Shown here in pieces: positions 18,765-28,832 of a DNA stretch of 64,000 bases. The translations under genes and the position numbers were made by a program. Source of the stretch: Candidatus Pelagibacter ubique HIMB058 (GTDB lineage Bacteria > Pseudomonadota > Alphaproteobacteria > Pelagibacterales > Pelagibacteraceae). How positions within the stretch are numbered: the stretch's first letter is position 1; each line of letters starts with the position of its first letter. The stretch is taken from the NCBI GenBank assembly GCA_000419545.1, contig ATTF01000002.1, forward strand, positions 4,093-68,092. Reading direction: 5' to 3'. A model generated the notes under the pieces. It was not told the DNA's origin and did not search any database. It was given only the letters and a program-made list of their open reading frames with translations.

Positions 18765-20617
18765 TGTTTAAAGGTGATTTTATAAAAAACCTTCCTAAAA
18801 TATACGGGACCTACACTGGTGGTTTCTTAGTATTCATCATTTTGATGGCTATTGCGGAACAAGCAGGTGTGTCAGCTAAAAACATCGGAGTGATGTTCGT
18901 GGCTTTCACGGTTTTGATTTATGCCGCAATCGGTTATTTATCAAGAACCATAAATGTAGATGCCTACTATGTTGCAGGAAGACAAGTGCCAACCGTATTT
19001 AACGGGATGGCGACAGCAGCTGACTGGATGTCAGGTGCTTCTTTCGTAGCCTTAGCGGGTGGAGTTTACTTTGGTGGCTATACTTATATGGCCTTCTTAG
19101 TAGGTTGGACAGGTGGATACGTACTTGTTGCAACTCTAATGGCTCCGTACTTAAGAAAATTTGGATGTTACACAGTTCCTGATTTTATCGGAACACGATA
19201 CGGTGGTAATCTTGTAAGAGCTTGCTCTGTATTCGTGCTTTTCATAGCATCATTTACTTATGTAACAGCACAAATTAACGCTACGGGAACAATTGCTTCT
19301 AGAGCTCTTGGTATTCCATTCGAAGCAGGTGTATGGGTAGGATTAATAAGTATCCTTATCTGTTCAATGCTTGGAGGGATGAGAGCCGTAACTTGGACTC
19401 AGGTTGCTCAGTACATTGTATTAATCATCGCTTACTTGATACCAGTATTCTGGATCAGTTCTAATGTTGGTGGAGGAATTTTCCCTCACTTAATGTTAGG
19501 TGATGAGGTTGCAAGACTTGGTGAACTTGAACAACAATTTGGACTAGTTAAAAACAGCGCCGCAGATATGAAAGCAGCTGGGGTACCAGGAGGATTGAAA
19601 TACATCTCTGGTTCTCACTCTGGAGTACCTGAAGGTGGAATGGCTGTCTGGAAATACTTATCGTTAGCGATTTGTATGATGGTGGGAACTGCATCGTTAC
19701 CTCATATCTTAATGAGATACTTTACAACTCCTTCTGTTAGAGCAGCAAGAAAATCAGTAGCATGGTCGCTATTCTTTATTTTCTTACTTTACTCTTCAGC
19801 GCCTATGTTAGCGACATTGTCTAAGTTGGCATTGATGGATCCAAATCTACCAACTGGAATTATTGGAAAATCTATTTCTGAAGTTCAGTCGATAGAGTGG
19901 GTGCAAAGATGGTCTGAAGTTAAACAAGTATTTATCGCAGACTTTAATGGTGACGGTATACTTCAGTTGAACGAATGGTTCATGAGAGGTGACGTTGTAG
20001 TATTAGCTACTCCAGAAGTAGCGGGACTACCGTTTGTAATCTCTGGATTAGTGTTTGCTGGAGGTATGGCTGCTGCTATGTCAACTGCAGATGGTCTTGT
20101 GTTAGCGATATCAAATGCTTTATCTCATGATATTTACTACAAAATCATAGATCCAAAAGCTGATACAGCTAAAAGACTTTTAGTTGCTCGTGTACTATTA
20201 GTAATAATCGGAGCTGCTGGTGCTTACATAGCCTCTTTCAGGCTAACAAGTATTTTAGGTTCGGTTGCTTGGGCGTTTGACTTTGCGATGTCAGGCTTAT
20301 TCTTCCCACTTGTGCTTGGTGTATGGTGGAAGAGAGCTACAAGACAAGGTGCAATCGCTGGTATCATAGCTGGAATTGTTTCAGGAACATTATACTTAAC
20401 GTGGGTGTTCCCTAAATTCTCAGTGCCAATGTGGGGCGGGGTTAATACTCCATTCTTAGGTATCGACCACTTAAGATTTGGATTAATCGGTGCTCCTATC
20501 TGTTTAGTTGTAATGGTTGTGGTTAGTTTAATGACTAAAGCGCCATCTCCTTCTGTACAGAAAATGGTAGATGATACTAGAATACCAACGGGTAAACCAA
20601 TCCTTGGTAAACAGTAG
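18764..20617 (+). CDS. Sodium:solute symporter family permease (VC_2705/ActP-like, candidate acetate/monocarboxylate transporter)
   Basis: 617-aa protein with about 13-14 TM segments. It has SSS-type motifs (YYVAGRQVP, AADWMSGASF) and is paired with DUF4212 next to acs. Confidence 0.85.
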   Translation: MFKGDFIKNLPKIYGTYTGGFLVFIILMAIAEQAGVSAKNIGVMFVAFTVLIYAAIGYLSRTINVDAYYVAGRQVPTVFNGMATAADWMSGASFVALAGGVYFGGYTYMAFLVGWTGGYVLVATLMAPYLRKFGCYTVPDFIGTRYGGNLVRACSVFVLFIASFTYVTAQINATGTIASRALGIPFEAGVWVGLISILICSMLGGMRAVTWTQVAQYIVLIIAYLIPVFWISSNVGGGIFPHLMLGDEVARLGELEQQFGLVKNSAADMKAAGVPGGLKYISGSHSGVPEGGMAVWKYLSLAICMMVGTASLPHILMRYFTTPSVRAARKSVAWSLFFIFLLYSSAPMLATLSKLALMDPNLPTGIIGKSISEVQSIEWVQRWSEVKQVFIADFNGDGILQLNEWFMRGDVVVLATPEVAGLPFVISGLVFAGGMAAAMSTADGLVLAISNALSHDIYYKIIDPKADTAKRLLVARVLLVIIGAAGAYIASFRLTSILGSVAWAFDFAMSGLFFPLVLGVWWKRATRQGAIAGIIAGIVSGTLYLTWVFPKFSVPMWGGVNTPFLGIDHLRFGLIGAPICLVVMVVVSLMTKAPSPSVQKMVDDTRIPTGKPILGKQ

Positions 20618-20643
20618 TACCAACTAAATATTTAAAATTAAAA

Positions 20644-20671
20644 GGGGCGATTTTTTCGCCCCTTTTTTTTT
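20644..20671 (+). terminator. Rho-independent terminator
   Basis: GGGGCGA-TTTTT-TCGCCCC stem-loop followed by a run of 9 T. Confidence 0.85.
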
Positions 20672-20696
20672 GACTAAATCATGATATTTTAAAAAT

Positions 20697-21032
20697 ATGA
20701 TACCTACTTGGGCAATTGTTTTAGATTATGTTCTTGGAACAATAATGTGGACTTTGATTGGCAGAGCTTTCATGAACATTTTTCAAAGAGAAGACTCTAC
20801 TTTCTTTTTTATGAGAGTTTTTGTTAAATACACTAATCCGATCATAAACTTATTTAAATTTATAACCCCAAGTTTTTTATTTGGGCCTTTTATTGCACTT
20901 TATGTTGCATGGTTTTTTTATCTTTTTAGATTTTACGCAATGCCATACATTTTAGGTTATGACGTCTGGGGAATGTTAGCGTTTCCCTTAGAAAGCGATT
21001 TTTCAAGACAGCTATATCAGTTATTCAACTAG
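20697..21032 (+). CDS. Small integral membrane protein (possibly YggT-like)
   Basis: 111-aa ORF with 2-3 hydrophobic segments. The family assignment is uncertain. Confidence 0.4.
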   Translation: MIPTWAIVLDYVLGTIMWTLIGRAFMNIFQREDSTFFFMRVFVKYTNPIINLFKFITPSFLFGPFIALYVAWFFYLFRFYAMPYILGYDVWGMLAFPLESDFSRQLYQLFN

Positions 21033-21079
21033 ACTTTTAATTTTTTTGACAAAGTTTTAGTTTAAAATATAAACAAAAT

Positions 21080-21742
21080 ATGAGCAGTTTAATTAAAATT
21101 TCACCTTCAGTTTTATCTGCCGATTTTAGCAAATTGGGACAAGAAGTAATCTCATTAGAAAAGGCTGGAGCTGACTATATCCATATTGATGTAATGGACG
21201 GACATTTTGTGCCAAATTTAACTATTGGCCCTGAAGTAATAAAAAAACTTAGACCGTTAACAAAAAAGATATTTGATGTTCATCTGATGATTTCACCTGT
21301 CGATAATTTTATTAAAGACTTTGCCAATGCCGGTGCAGACATCATTACTTTCCACCCGGAAGCAACCACTGATGTATCCAAAACAATTAGACTAATTAAA
21401 GAACATAACAAAAAAATTGGAATATCACTAAAACCAAAATCAAAAATTGATTTGATAAAAGAACATCTGAATGAAATAGACTTGGTTCTCATTATGAGTG
21501 TTGAACCTGGATTTGGGGGTCAAAAGTTTATGCCGGAAGTTTTAGAAAAAACTAAGGCTGTAAGAGAATTAATTAATAAAAATAATTTAAATGTAGATGT
21601 TGAAATAGATGGTGGAATTAACTTTGAAAACTGTTCTAAAGCAAAGAATGCTGGCGCAAATATACTTGTGTCTGGGTCAACTATCTTTAAAGAAAATAAG
21701 GGTGACCTTAAAAAAAATATAGAAATTCTTAGAAATAATTAA
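21080..21742 (+). CDS. rpe: Ribulose-phosphate 3-epimerase
   Basis: ISPSVLSADF, HIDVMDGHFVPN, MSVEPGFGGQKF and VEIDGGIN motifs. Confidence 0.9.
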   Translation: MSSLIKISPSVLSADFSKLGQEVISLEKAGADYIHIDVMDGHFVPNLTIGPEVIKKLRPLTKKIFDVHLMISPVDNFIKDFANAGADIITFHPEATTDVSKTIRLIKEHNKKIGISLKPKSKIDLIKEHLNEIDLVLIMSVEPGFGGQKFMPEVLEKTKAVRELINKNNLNVDVEIDGGINFENCSKAKNAGANILVSGSTIFKENKGDLKKNIEILRNN

Positions 21743-21745
21743 TAA

Positions 21746-23383
21746 ATGTTTGGACTGAAAAGTGTCTACTTTTATTTGATTGCCTGCCAAATAACCTTAA
21801 TCAAATTTTTTAAAAAAATATATTTCTCATCAAAAAATTATAATAAATCATTAGAGTCTAAAACACCGCAACAGGTTTATTATAATCCAAATTCATTTTT
21901 ACTATCAATTATTACGTCATACAGGACTCACTCATTTAAAGTTAACGAAATAGATCCAAATATTTTTTGGTTAGATGATGAAAAAAAAGATGAAAAACAA
22001 ATGCATAGTTTTTTATGGCTTAGCCTTATTGATAGAAAAACAGACCACACTAAAATAAAAAAAATTATTTATATTTGGATGTTAAAAAATTCAAAATATA
22101 GAAAAAAAACTTGGGAGACTTCAACATTAAGCACTAGAATTATTAGCTGGATTCTTAATGTAGATATTATTTTAAATAATAGTACTTTTGATTTTAGAAG
22201 AAATTTTTTAAATTGTATAATTAGCCAAACCAATCATTTAAGACGAAATATAAGATTTGAAAGTGATACAAAAAAAAAGATCGAGATTTTAACTGCTATA
22301 ATTCTAACTGGACTTGTTTTTAAAGAGTACGAAGAAAATTATAATATTGGTATCAAAGAATTAGAAACACTAATAAAAGATTTTTTTGACAATGATGGTT
22401 TTCCACTATCACGAAATCCAAATGATTTAATATTTTTTGCAAAATATTTAATATTTTGTAAAGAGCTTATTAAAGATAGTCAAAAATATGTACCTGAATT
22501 TTTACAAGACATAATAGATAAAAATCTAAATTGTATTCATTTTATAAAAACACCAAATGAGCAACTGCCACTATTTAATGGAGCTTCTGTTGTAAACTTA
22601 AATCAAATTCAAAAGTACTTAGATGAATTTAAACCTAATAGTAAAAATAAAAATATAGGTGGATTATTTAAGATAAAACATAAAAATCATTTTTTAGTAA
22701 TAGATACGGAAAGACCTCCAAAGCAAAAATTTTCAAAATCATATCAATCGGGGCCTCTCTCTTTTGAATATTTTTTAGATGGGATAAAAATTATTACTAA
22801 TTCAGGATTTGGTGGTCACATATCAAAAAGAGCTGAAGCACTGAGTAGACTTACAGCGTGCCAATCAACTTTAAGCATTAATGATACATCTGTCACAAAG
22901 TTTGAGAAAAGTGAAATGATAAAAAAAGTTTTTGGAAACTCCATTGAAGACACCTTTAAATCTTTTGAGTTGTTTTCTAAAGATGAAAATGGACTAATTG
23001 GTTGTTCATCTTCTAATAATGGTTACGAAAAAAAGTTTGGATGCACTCATAAAAGAGAAATTTATATAGACAAAGTAAACAACTATTTAAAAGGGATAGA
23101 TCACATCATTAAAGCAAAAGATGGATATCCAATAAGATACGCATTTAGATTTCACATTAATCCAGATCTGAGTGCTGTTAAAACTATGAGCGGAAATAGT
23201 GCTTTAATTCAAATTTCTAAAAATAAATCACTCATTTTTACTGTCAAAGATGAAATTTTAGAAATCGAAAAAAGTATATTTTTAGGTGGAAAAAAAATAT
23301 TAGATAATACATGTATAACAATTAGTGGTAATTTGGTTAATAAAAATAAAACTTTTAACTGGGAAATTAAAAAAAATATTTAA
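21746..23383 (+). CDS. Heparinase II/III-like family protein (conserved alphaproteobacterial gene upstream of purH)
   Basis: 545 aa. GPLSFEYFLDGIKIITNSGFG resembles the Hepar_II_III C-terminal region, and the rpe/purH neighbourhood matches other alphaproteobacteria (from memory). Confidence 0.5.
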   Translation: MFGLKSVYFYLIACQITLIKFFKKIYFSSKNYNKSLESKTPQQVYYNPNSFLLSIITSYRTHSFKVNEIDPNIFWLDDEKKDEKQMHSFLWLSLIDRKTDHTKIKKIIYIWMLKNSKYRKKTWETSTLSTRIISWILNVDIILNNSTFDFRRNFLNCIISQTNHLRRNIRFESDTKKKIEILTAIILTGLVFKEYEENYNIGIKELETLIKDFFDNDGFPLSRNPNDLIFFAKYLIFCKELIKDSQKYVPEFLQDIIDKNLNCIHFIKTPNEQLPLFNGASVVNLNQIQKYLDEFKPNSKNKNIGGLFKIKHKNHFLVIDTERPPKQKFSKSYQSGPLSFEYFLDGIKIITNSGFGGHISKRAEALSRLTACQSTLSINDTSVTKFEKSEMIKKVFGNSIEDTFKSFELFSKDENGLIGCSSSNNGYEKKFGCTHKREIYIDKVNNYLKGIDHIIKAKDGYPIRYAFRFHINPDLSAVKTMSGNSALIQISKNKSLIFTVKDEILEIEKSIFLGGKKILDNTCITISGNLVNKNKTFNWEIKKNI

Positions 23384-23385
23384 TC

Positions 23386-24936
23386 ATGAATTTGAAAATT
23401 AAGAATGCTTTGATATCAGTTTCTAATAAAGAAAACTTAGTTTCGCTACTGAAAACTCTTAAAAAATTCAATATTAATATTATAAGTTCTGGAGGAACTT
23501 ATGCTTCAATTAGAAAGCTAGGATATCAGTGTACAGAGCTTTCAAAATATACAGGCTTTAAAGAAATGCTGGATGGAAGAGTTAAAACACTCCATCCAAA
23601 AATACATGCTGGAATTCTTCATGATAGACAAAATAAAAAACATAAAAGTGAAATGTCTAAACAAAATTTTCCTGCTATTGATTTAATAGTTGTTAACTTT
23701 TATCCTTTTCAGAAAATTGTTTTAAGCTCAAAAAATCCAAAACAAATTATTGAAAATATTGATATTGGCGGACCAACAATGGTAAGAGCCGCTGCAAAAA
23801 ACTTTAATAATGTTACAATTATAACAAATAAAGATGATTATGGTTCTCTGATTGAAGAATTAGAAAACCTTAAAGGAAAAACTTCCTTAAAATTTAGGGA
23901 ATTAATGTCCTCAAAAGCATTTGGTTTAACCGCATATTATGATGCAATGATTGCTAATTGGTTTAATAAAAAACTCAAGATTGAATTTCCTGAAAGAAAA
24001 ACAATATTTGGGAGAAAATTGCAAAGGCTGAGATACGGTGAAAATCCACATCAACAAAGTTCAATTTATGTAAACGACTATAATGATAAACATTTAAAAT
24101 TTGATCAAATTCACGGTAAAGAACTCAGCTACAACAATTACAATGATATGTTTGCATCATTGGAAATCTTAAATTCTTTAAAGAAAAATTCCGGGACTGT
24201 AATTATTAAGCATGCAAATCCTTGTGGTGTATCAGAAAATAAAGTTCCTTTAATCTCTTTTAAAAATGCATATGCCTCAGATCCTATTAGTGCTTTTGGT
24301 GGAGTTATAGCTTGTAACTATAAGATAAATAAAAAAATAGCCCTAGTAATAAATAAAAACTTTTTAGAAGTTATTCTCGCCAATGGATTTGATAAAGATG
24401 CCTTAAATATTCTTAAAAAAAAGAAAAATTTAAGGATTATTGATATTTCAAATTTTAATTTGAAAAATCTCTCTTCTATAAAAACATTTGATGGTTCTTT
24501 TTTAGTACAAAGCAAAGATAATATCGTAATAGATAAAAAAAAATTGAAGTGCGTGACTAAATTAAAGCCAACCAAAAAAGAATTAGCTGAAGTACAATTT
24601 GCATTTAATATTTGTAAATATGTAAAATCTAATGCGATAGTATTATGTAATAATTTTTCAACTATCGGTATTGGAGCTGGACAACCAAGCAGATTAGATA
24701 GTTGTAAAATCGCTGTTCAAAAAGCAAAGCAATTTCAATCCTCAAAAATTAAAAATTCAATAGCAGCATCGGACGCTTTTTTTCCTTTTGCTGATGGAAT
24801 TAACGCCTTAATCAAAGCTGGTGTAAAAACTATTGTGCAACCAGGTGGTTCAATAAGAGATCAAGAAGTTATTAATGCTGCTAATAAAGCAAAAATAAAA
24901 ATGATTTTTACAGGCATCAGACACTTCAATCATTAA
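23386..24936 (+). CDS. purH: Bifunctional AICAR transformylase / IMP cyclohydrolase
   Basis: ALISVSNKENL, GRVKTLHPKIH, DIGGPTMVRAAAKN and QPGGSIRD motifs. Confidence 0.92.
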   Translation: MNLKIKNALISVSNKENLVSLLKTLKKFNINIISSGGTYASIRKLGYQCTELSKYTGFKEMLDGRVKTLHPKIHAGILHDRQNKKHKSEMSKQNFPAIDLIVVNFYPFQKIVLSSKNPKQIIENIDIGGPTMVRAAAKNFNNVTIITNKDDYGSLIEELENLKGKTSLKFRELMSSKAFGLTAYYDAMIANWFNKKLKIEFPERKTIFGRKLQRLRYGENPHQQSSIYVNDYNDKHLKFDQIHGKELSYNNYNDMFASLEILNSLKKNSGTVIIKHANPCGVSENKVPLISFKNAYASDPISAFGGVIACNYKINKKIALVINKNFLEVILANGFDKDALNILKKKKNLRIIDISNFNLKNLSSIKTFDGSFLVQSKDNIVIDKKKLKCVTKLKPTKKELAEVQFAFNICKYVKSNAIVLCNNFSTIGIGAGQPSRLDSCKIAVQKAKQFQSSKIKNSIAASDAFFPFADGINALIKAGVKTIVQPGGSIRDQEVINAANKAKIKMIFTGIRHFNH

Positions 24937-25271
24937 TCTAACTTATCAATCTTTGCTGCTAATATAAAATCACTCTCAGCTAATCCTTTGATGGCATGGG
25001 TAAAAATTTTTATCTTACAATAGCCCCAGCCAAAAGTGATATCTGGATGATGATTTTCTTGCTCTGCTATCTCTCCAACCTTGTTAGTGAAGTTTAAGCT
25101 ATCCTCAAAATTTTTAAATTTAAAATCTTTAATTAAATAATAACTTTTATCATCATTGCTTTTTACATCCCAATCATCAACTTTTTTTAAGTACTTGTGT
25201 ATTTCACTTGTATCAAATGGTGGAATGCTACCATCACATGCTACACATTTTTTTTTGGATAAATCTTCCAT
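24933..25271 (-). CDS. phhB: Pterin-4-alpha-carbinolamine dehydratase
   Basis: EQENHHPDITFGWGYCKIKIFTH is the PCD signature. I moved the start to MEDLSKKKC (ATG 25271) because the longer ORF reads through the tRNA gene. Confidence 0.85.
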   Translation of the reverse strand: MEDLSKKKCVACDGSIPPFDTSEIHKYLKKVDDWDVKSNDDKSYYLIKDFKFKNFEDSLNFTNKVGEIAEQENHHPDITFGWGYCKIKIFTHAIKGLAESDFILAAKIDKLD

Positions 25272-25276
25272 TATTT

Positions 25277-25351
25277 TGGAGCGGGCAAAGGGGTTCGAAC
25301 CCTCGACCTTCTCGTTGGCAACGAGACGCTCTACCACTGAGCTATGCCCGC
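25277..25351 (-). tRNA. tRNA-Gly (anticodon GCC), CCA encoded
   Basis: The minus strand reads GCGGGCATAGCTCAGTGGTAGAGCGTCTCGTTGCCAACGAGAAGGTCGAGGGTTCGAACCCCTTTGCCCGCTCCA. It has a 7-bp acceptor stem, D-loop AGTGGTA, anticodon loop TTGCCAA and T-loop TTCGAAC. Confidence 0.92.
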
Positions 25352-25442
25352 AATTAAATTAGTATAGTATAGGCTGCAACAAATGGTCAACCATTATAAA
25401 ATGCCGCTACCCGCAAGTTATTTTTTTTTATATAATATAATC

Positions 25443-26060
25443 ATGAAAAATTTACCTTCGACCCTTCCTGTATTTCCATTAAGTGGGGTAATTTATTTTC
25501 CTAAAACTAACTTACCGTTGAATATATTTGAGCAAAGATATTTAAATTTAGTAAATGACGCTTATAACGGAGATAAATTAATGGGCATGGTTCAATCTAA
25601 AAAAGAAAGTGGAAGCGTTTATCAAGTGGGTTGTTTAGGTAAGATTAGTGATTATCAGAAGAGTAAAGATGGCAGAATTTTAATAAACCTTACAGGCATC
25701 TCCAGGTTTAAAATTTTGGAGGAAATCTCAAACAATAAATTATACCGGGAATTTAAAGTCGATTATAAAGATTTTAATGAAGATAATATTGAGACTAACA
25801 ATCTAATAGATACGAAGCCTTTAATGGATAGTGCAAAAAATTTTTTCAAGAGAAATGGGCTTTTATTGAATTGGAAAGAGTTTGAAAAATTAGATCAATC
25901 TCAAAAAATAAATACTTTAGCAATGATTGCTCCGATTACTAATGAAGAAAAACAAAAATTATTAGAGTCTATTTCTTTAAAAAATAAGGTAGAAACATTA
26001 GAGAGTATAATTAGTTTCTATTTACACGAAACAAATTTCAACAATCAAACGGTACAATAA
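25443..26060 (+). CDS. LON peptidase N-terminal (substrate-binding) domain protein
   Basis: LPVFPLSGVIYFPKTNLPLNIFEQRYLNLV is the Lon N-domain signature. The ORF opens at 25383, but ATG 25443 gives the typical N-terminus. Confidence 0.7.
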   Translation: MKNLPSTLPVFPLSGVIYFPKTNLPLNIFEQRYLNLVNDAYNGDKLMGMVQSKKESGSVYQVGCLGKISDYQKSKDGRILINLTGISRFKILEEISNNKLYREFKVDYKDFNEDNIETNNLIDTKPLMDSAKNFFKRNGLLLNWKEFEKLDQSQKINTLAMIAPITNEEKQKLLESISLKNKVETLESIISFYLHETNFNNQTVQ

Positions 26061-26062
26061 TA

Positions 26063-27337
26063 TTAATTAGCTGATTTGTTCATTGAATCGAAGAAATCAG
26101 CATTATTTTTTGTATTTTTTAATTTTGCTATTAGAAACTCGATACCATCCATCGTACCCATTGGACTAATTATTCTTCTTAGAACGTTCATTTTTGAAAG
26201 GTCATCTTTCTGGAATAATAACTCTTCTCTTCTTGTTCCTGATCTTGTTATATCAAGAGCTGGATAAATTCTTTTATCTGCGACTTTTCTATCAAGAATT
26301 AATTCTGAATTACCTGTTCCTTTAAATTCTTCAAATATCACTTCGTCCATCCTACTTCCTGTATCGATTAAAGCTGTGGAAATAATAGTTAATGAACCAC
26401 CTTCTTCTACGTTACGGGCTGCACCAAAAAATCTTTTAGGTCTTTGAAGTGCATTAGCGTCGACACCACCAGTTAAAACTTTTCCCGAGCTTGGTATAAC
26501 AGCATTATAAGCTCTTCCCAATCTTGTTATCGAATCTAATAAAATTACTACATCTTTCTTGTGTTCAACCAATCTCTTAGCTTTTTCGATTACCATTTCT
26601 GCTACGGCTACGTGCCTTGAAGCTGGCTCGTCAAATGTTGACGCTACTACTTCACCTTTTACCGACCTTTGCATATCTGTTACTTCCTCTGGTCTTTCAT
26701 CAATTAAAAGAACCATTAGATAACATTCAGGATGGTTTGCTGTAATTGACTGAGCAATGTTTTGAAGAATTATTGTTTTACCAGCTCGTGGTGGTGAAAC
26801 AATTAATGAACGCTGTCCTTTACCAATTGGACTAACCAAATCTATAAGCCTTGCAGTATTATCGGGTTTCTTTTCAACCTTTGTGCTTTCAACTTCTAAC
26901 TTTATCCTCTCATTCGGATAAAGAGGTGTTAAATTATCAAATGCAATTTTATTTTTTCCTTTTTCAGGTTCATCAAAATTAATTTTATTTACTTTTAACA
27001 GAGCAAAATATCTTTCTGCATCTTTTGGCCCTCTAATTTCTCCCTCTACTGAGTCCCCTGTTCTTAAACCAAATCTTCTGATTTGGCTTGGACTTACATA
27101 GATATCATCTGGTCCTGGCAAATAATTTGACTCAATCGCTCTAAGAAATCCAAAGCCGTCTTGCAATACTTCTAGTACACCTGTGGCTGTAATTTGCTCA
27201 TTCTTCTCTGCTAATTTCTTTAATATAGCAAAAAGAATTTCCTGTTTTCTTAGTGTGCTTGGGTTTTCAATTCCAAGCTTTTCTGCCTCATTAATAAGTT
27301 CTGCCGGGTTCTTTTGTTTTAGTTCTTGTAAGTTCAT
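26063..27337 (-). CDS. rho: Transcription termination factor Rho
   Basis: N-terminal [18 protein letters not shown]-binding GFGFLR, and Walker A SPPRAGKT. Confidence 0.95.
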   Translation of the reverse strand: MNLQELKQKNPAELINEAEKLGIENPSTLRKQEILFAILKKLAEKNEQITATGVLEVLQDGFGFLRAIESNYLPGPDDIYVSPSQIRRFGLRTGDSVEGEIRGPKDAERYFALLKVNKINFDEPEKGKNKIAFDNLTPLYPNERIKLEVESTKVEKKPDNTARLIDLVSPIGKGQRSLIVSPPRAGKTIILQNIAQSITANHPECYLMVLLIDERPEEVTDMQRSVKGEVVASTFDEPASRHVAVAEMVIEKAKRLVEHKKDVVILLDSITRLGRAYNAVIPSSGKVLTGGVDANALQRPKRFFGAARNVEEGGSLTIISTALIDTGSRMDEVIFEEFKGTGNSELILDRKVADKRIYPALDITRSGTRREELLFQKDDLSKMNVLRRIISPMGTMDGIEFLIAKLKNTKNNADFFDSMNKSAN

Positions 27338-27403
27338 GTGATTGAGTTGATTATTTGGGAAGTACTAAAAATATATGTTTTTTTTAGAAAAATTCAAGAC
27401 CTT

Positions 27404-27835
27404 TTATAATGGTTTAAAAACCACAAGAAATACGACGACAATGAGTATTATTGTAGGCACTTCGTTAATAATTCTAAAGTACTTTGAAGGTTTAGTATTA
27501 TTATCTATTGCAAATTCTTCAAGATATTTTCCAAGTAAAAAATGGTAAAAAGTTAATATAACAACTAATGCTGTTTTTAATTGCATCCACAATTCAGAAA
27601 AAACATTAAATCCAAGGCTGTGTATTAATAACATGCCAAACAACCAAGATAACAACATAGCCGGCATCATAATATAATTATAAAGTTTTCTTTCCATTGT
27701 CTTAAATACTGTTTTCTGGGACTCGTGGTGTGCTTCTGAATGATAAACAAATATTCTCGGCAAATATAAAAGTCCTGCCATCCATGAAACAACTGCTATA
27801 AGATGTAAGGATTTGAACAGGAGGTAAGTATTCAT
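27404..27835 (-). CDS. hemJ: Protoporphyrinogen IX oxidase, HemJ type
   Basis: KSLHLIAVVSWMAGLLYLPRIFVYH signature, four TM segments, adjacent to hemH and hemE. Confidence 0.8.
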   Translation of the reverse strand: MNTYLLFKSLHLIAVVSWMAGLLYLPRIFVYHSEAHHESQKTVFKTMERKLYNYIMMPAMLLSWLFGMLLIHSLGFNVFSELWMQLKTALVVILTFYHFLLGKYLEEFAIDNNTKPSKYFRIINEVPTIILIVVVFLVVFKPL

Positions 27836-27837
27836 CT

Positions 27838-28830
27838 TTAAATATATTTTTTAACTAGCTTTTCAAACAGATTAATATGATCTGAATTGTCATTTAGGCA
27901 AGGTATTAAATCAAAATTTTCACCGCCATTATCCATAAAGCTTTCTCTTCCTTGAATATCAATTTCCTCTAAGGTTTCTACACAGTCAGAGGCGAAACCT
28001 GGGCATATAACTAATAAATTTTTAACCCCTTTATTTGGCAAGCTTTCTAAAGTTTTATCTGTGTAAGGTGTTAACCACTCTTGAGGACCAAACCTCGACT
28101 GAAAAGTAGTTTGAATATCTATTTCATTAAAGTTCTCTTTCATTAGTCTTGTGGTTTTATGACAGTAACAATGATAAGGATCGCCTTTGTCAAAATATTT
28201 TTTTGGAATACCATGATATGAAGAAATAATTAAATCTGGTTTCCAATTTATGCTTCCTAATTTTTTCTTAACACTTTTTACAAGCGCATCTATGTATGTT
28301 GGCTCACTTTCATAATGAGGTATAACCTGTAAACTTGGTTGCCACCTCATGCCCATCAGCGACCTGTAAACCTCATCACAAACAGTTGCTGTAGTTGCTG
28401 CTGCATACTGTGGATACAGAGGAAGAATTATTATATTTTCGCATCCAGCATCTTTAAGAATATTGAGTTTTGATTTTATGCTAGGGTTTCCATATCTCAT
28501 TGCAAAATCAACAATAACTTTTTCATTTCCTACTTTTTTATTTAATTTTTCTGCCTGGCTTCTTGTAAAATAAAGCAGTGGGGACTCGTTCGACTCTTTT
28601 CTCCAAATTTTTTTGTATGCGTGTGCTGTTTTGGATGGTCTAAAAGTAAGTATAAATAAGTTTAAAATGATTTGCCACAGTATAGGATTAACTTCTATTA
28701 CCCTTCGGTCAGATAGAAATTCTTTTAAGTATTTTCTTATATCCAACCAGCTTGTTGAATCTGGTGTTCCTAAATTTATTAAAAGAACACCTGTTTTGCC
28801 AAATTTTACTTCTGGGTGATCGTTTTGCAT
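27838..28830 (-). CDS. hemH: Ferrochelatase
   Basis: GVLLINLGTPDS, ILPLYPQY, SYHGIP and FQSRFGPQEWL motifs. Confidence 0.9.
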   Translation of the reverse strand: MQNDHPEVKFGKTGVLLINLGTPDSTSWLDIRKYLKEFLSDRRVIEVNPILWQIILNLFILTFRPSKTAHAYKKIWRKESNESPLLYFTRSQAEKLNKKVGNEKVIVDFAMRYGNPSIKSKLNILKDAGCENIIILPLYPQYAAATTATVCDEVYRSLMGMRWQPSLQVIPHYESEPTYIDALVKSVKKKLGSINWKPDLIISSYHGIPKKYFDKGDPYHCYCHKTTRLMKENFNEIDIQTTFQSRFGPQEWLTPYTDKTLESLPNKGVKNLLVICPGFASDCVETLEEIDIQGRESFMDNGGENFDLIPCLNDNSDHINLFEKLVKKYI

Positions 28831-28832
28831 TA

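Noticed and set aside
18507-20617. Treating the GC-rich transporter module as a horizontally acquired genomic island.
   Set aside because: I see no flanking tRNA, integrase, direct repeats or other mobility signatures. The porin and chaperone genes show a similar GC and codon shift, so expression-linked bias is at least as likely. I kept it as a finding to test, not as a mobile-element call.
25272-25337. The ORF track extends the pterin dehydratase ORF 22 codons upstream (MVERLVANEKVEGSNPFARSKI...).
   Set aside because: That stretch is the tRNA-Gly gene read in frame. The GSNP peptide is the classic translation of the GGTTCGAACC T-arm. The real start is ATG 25271.
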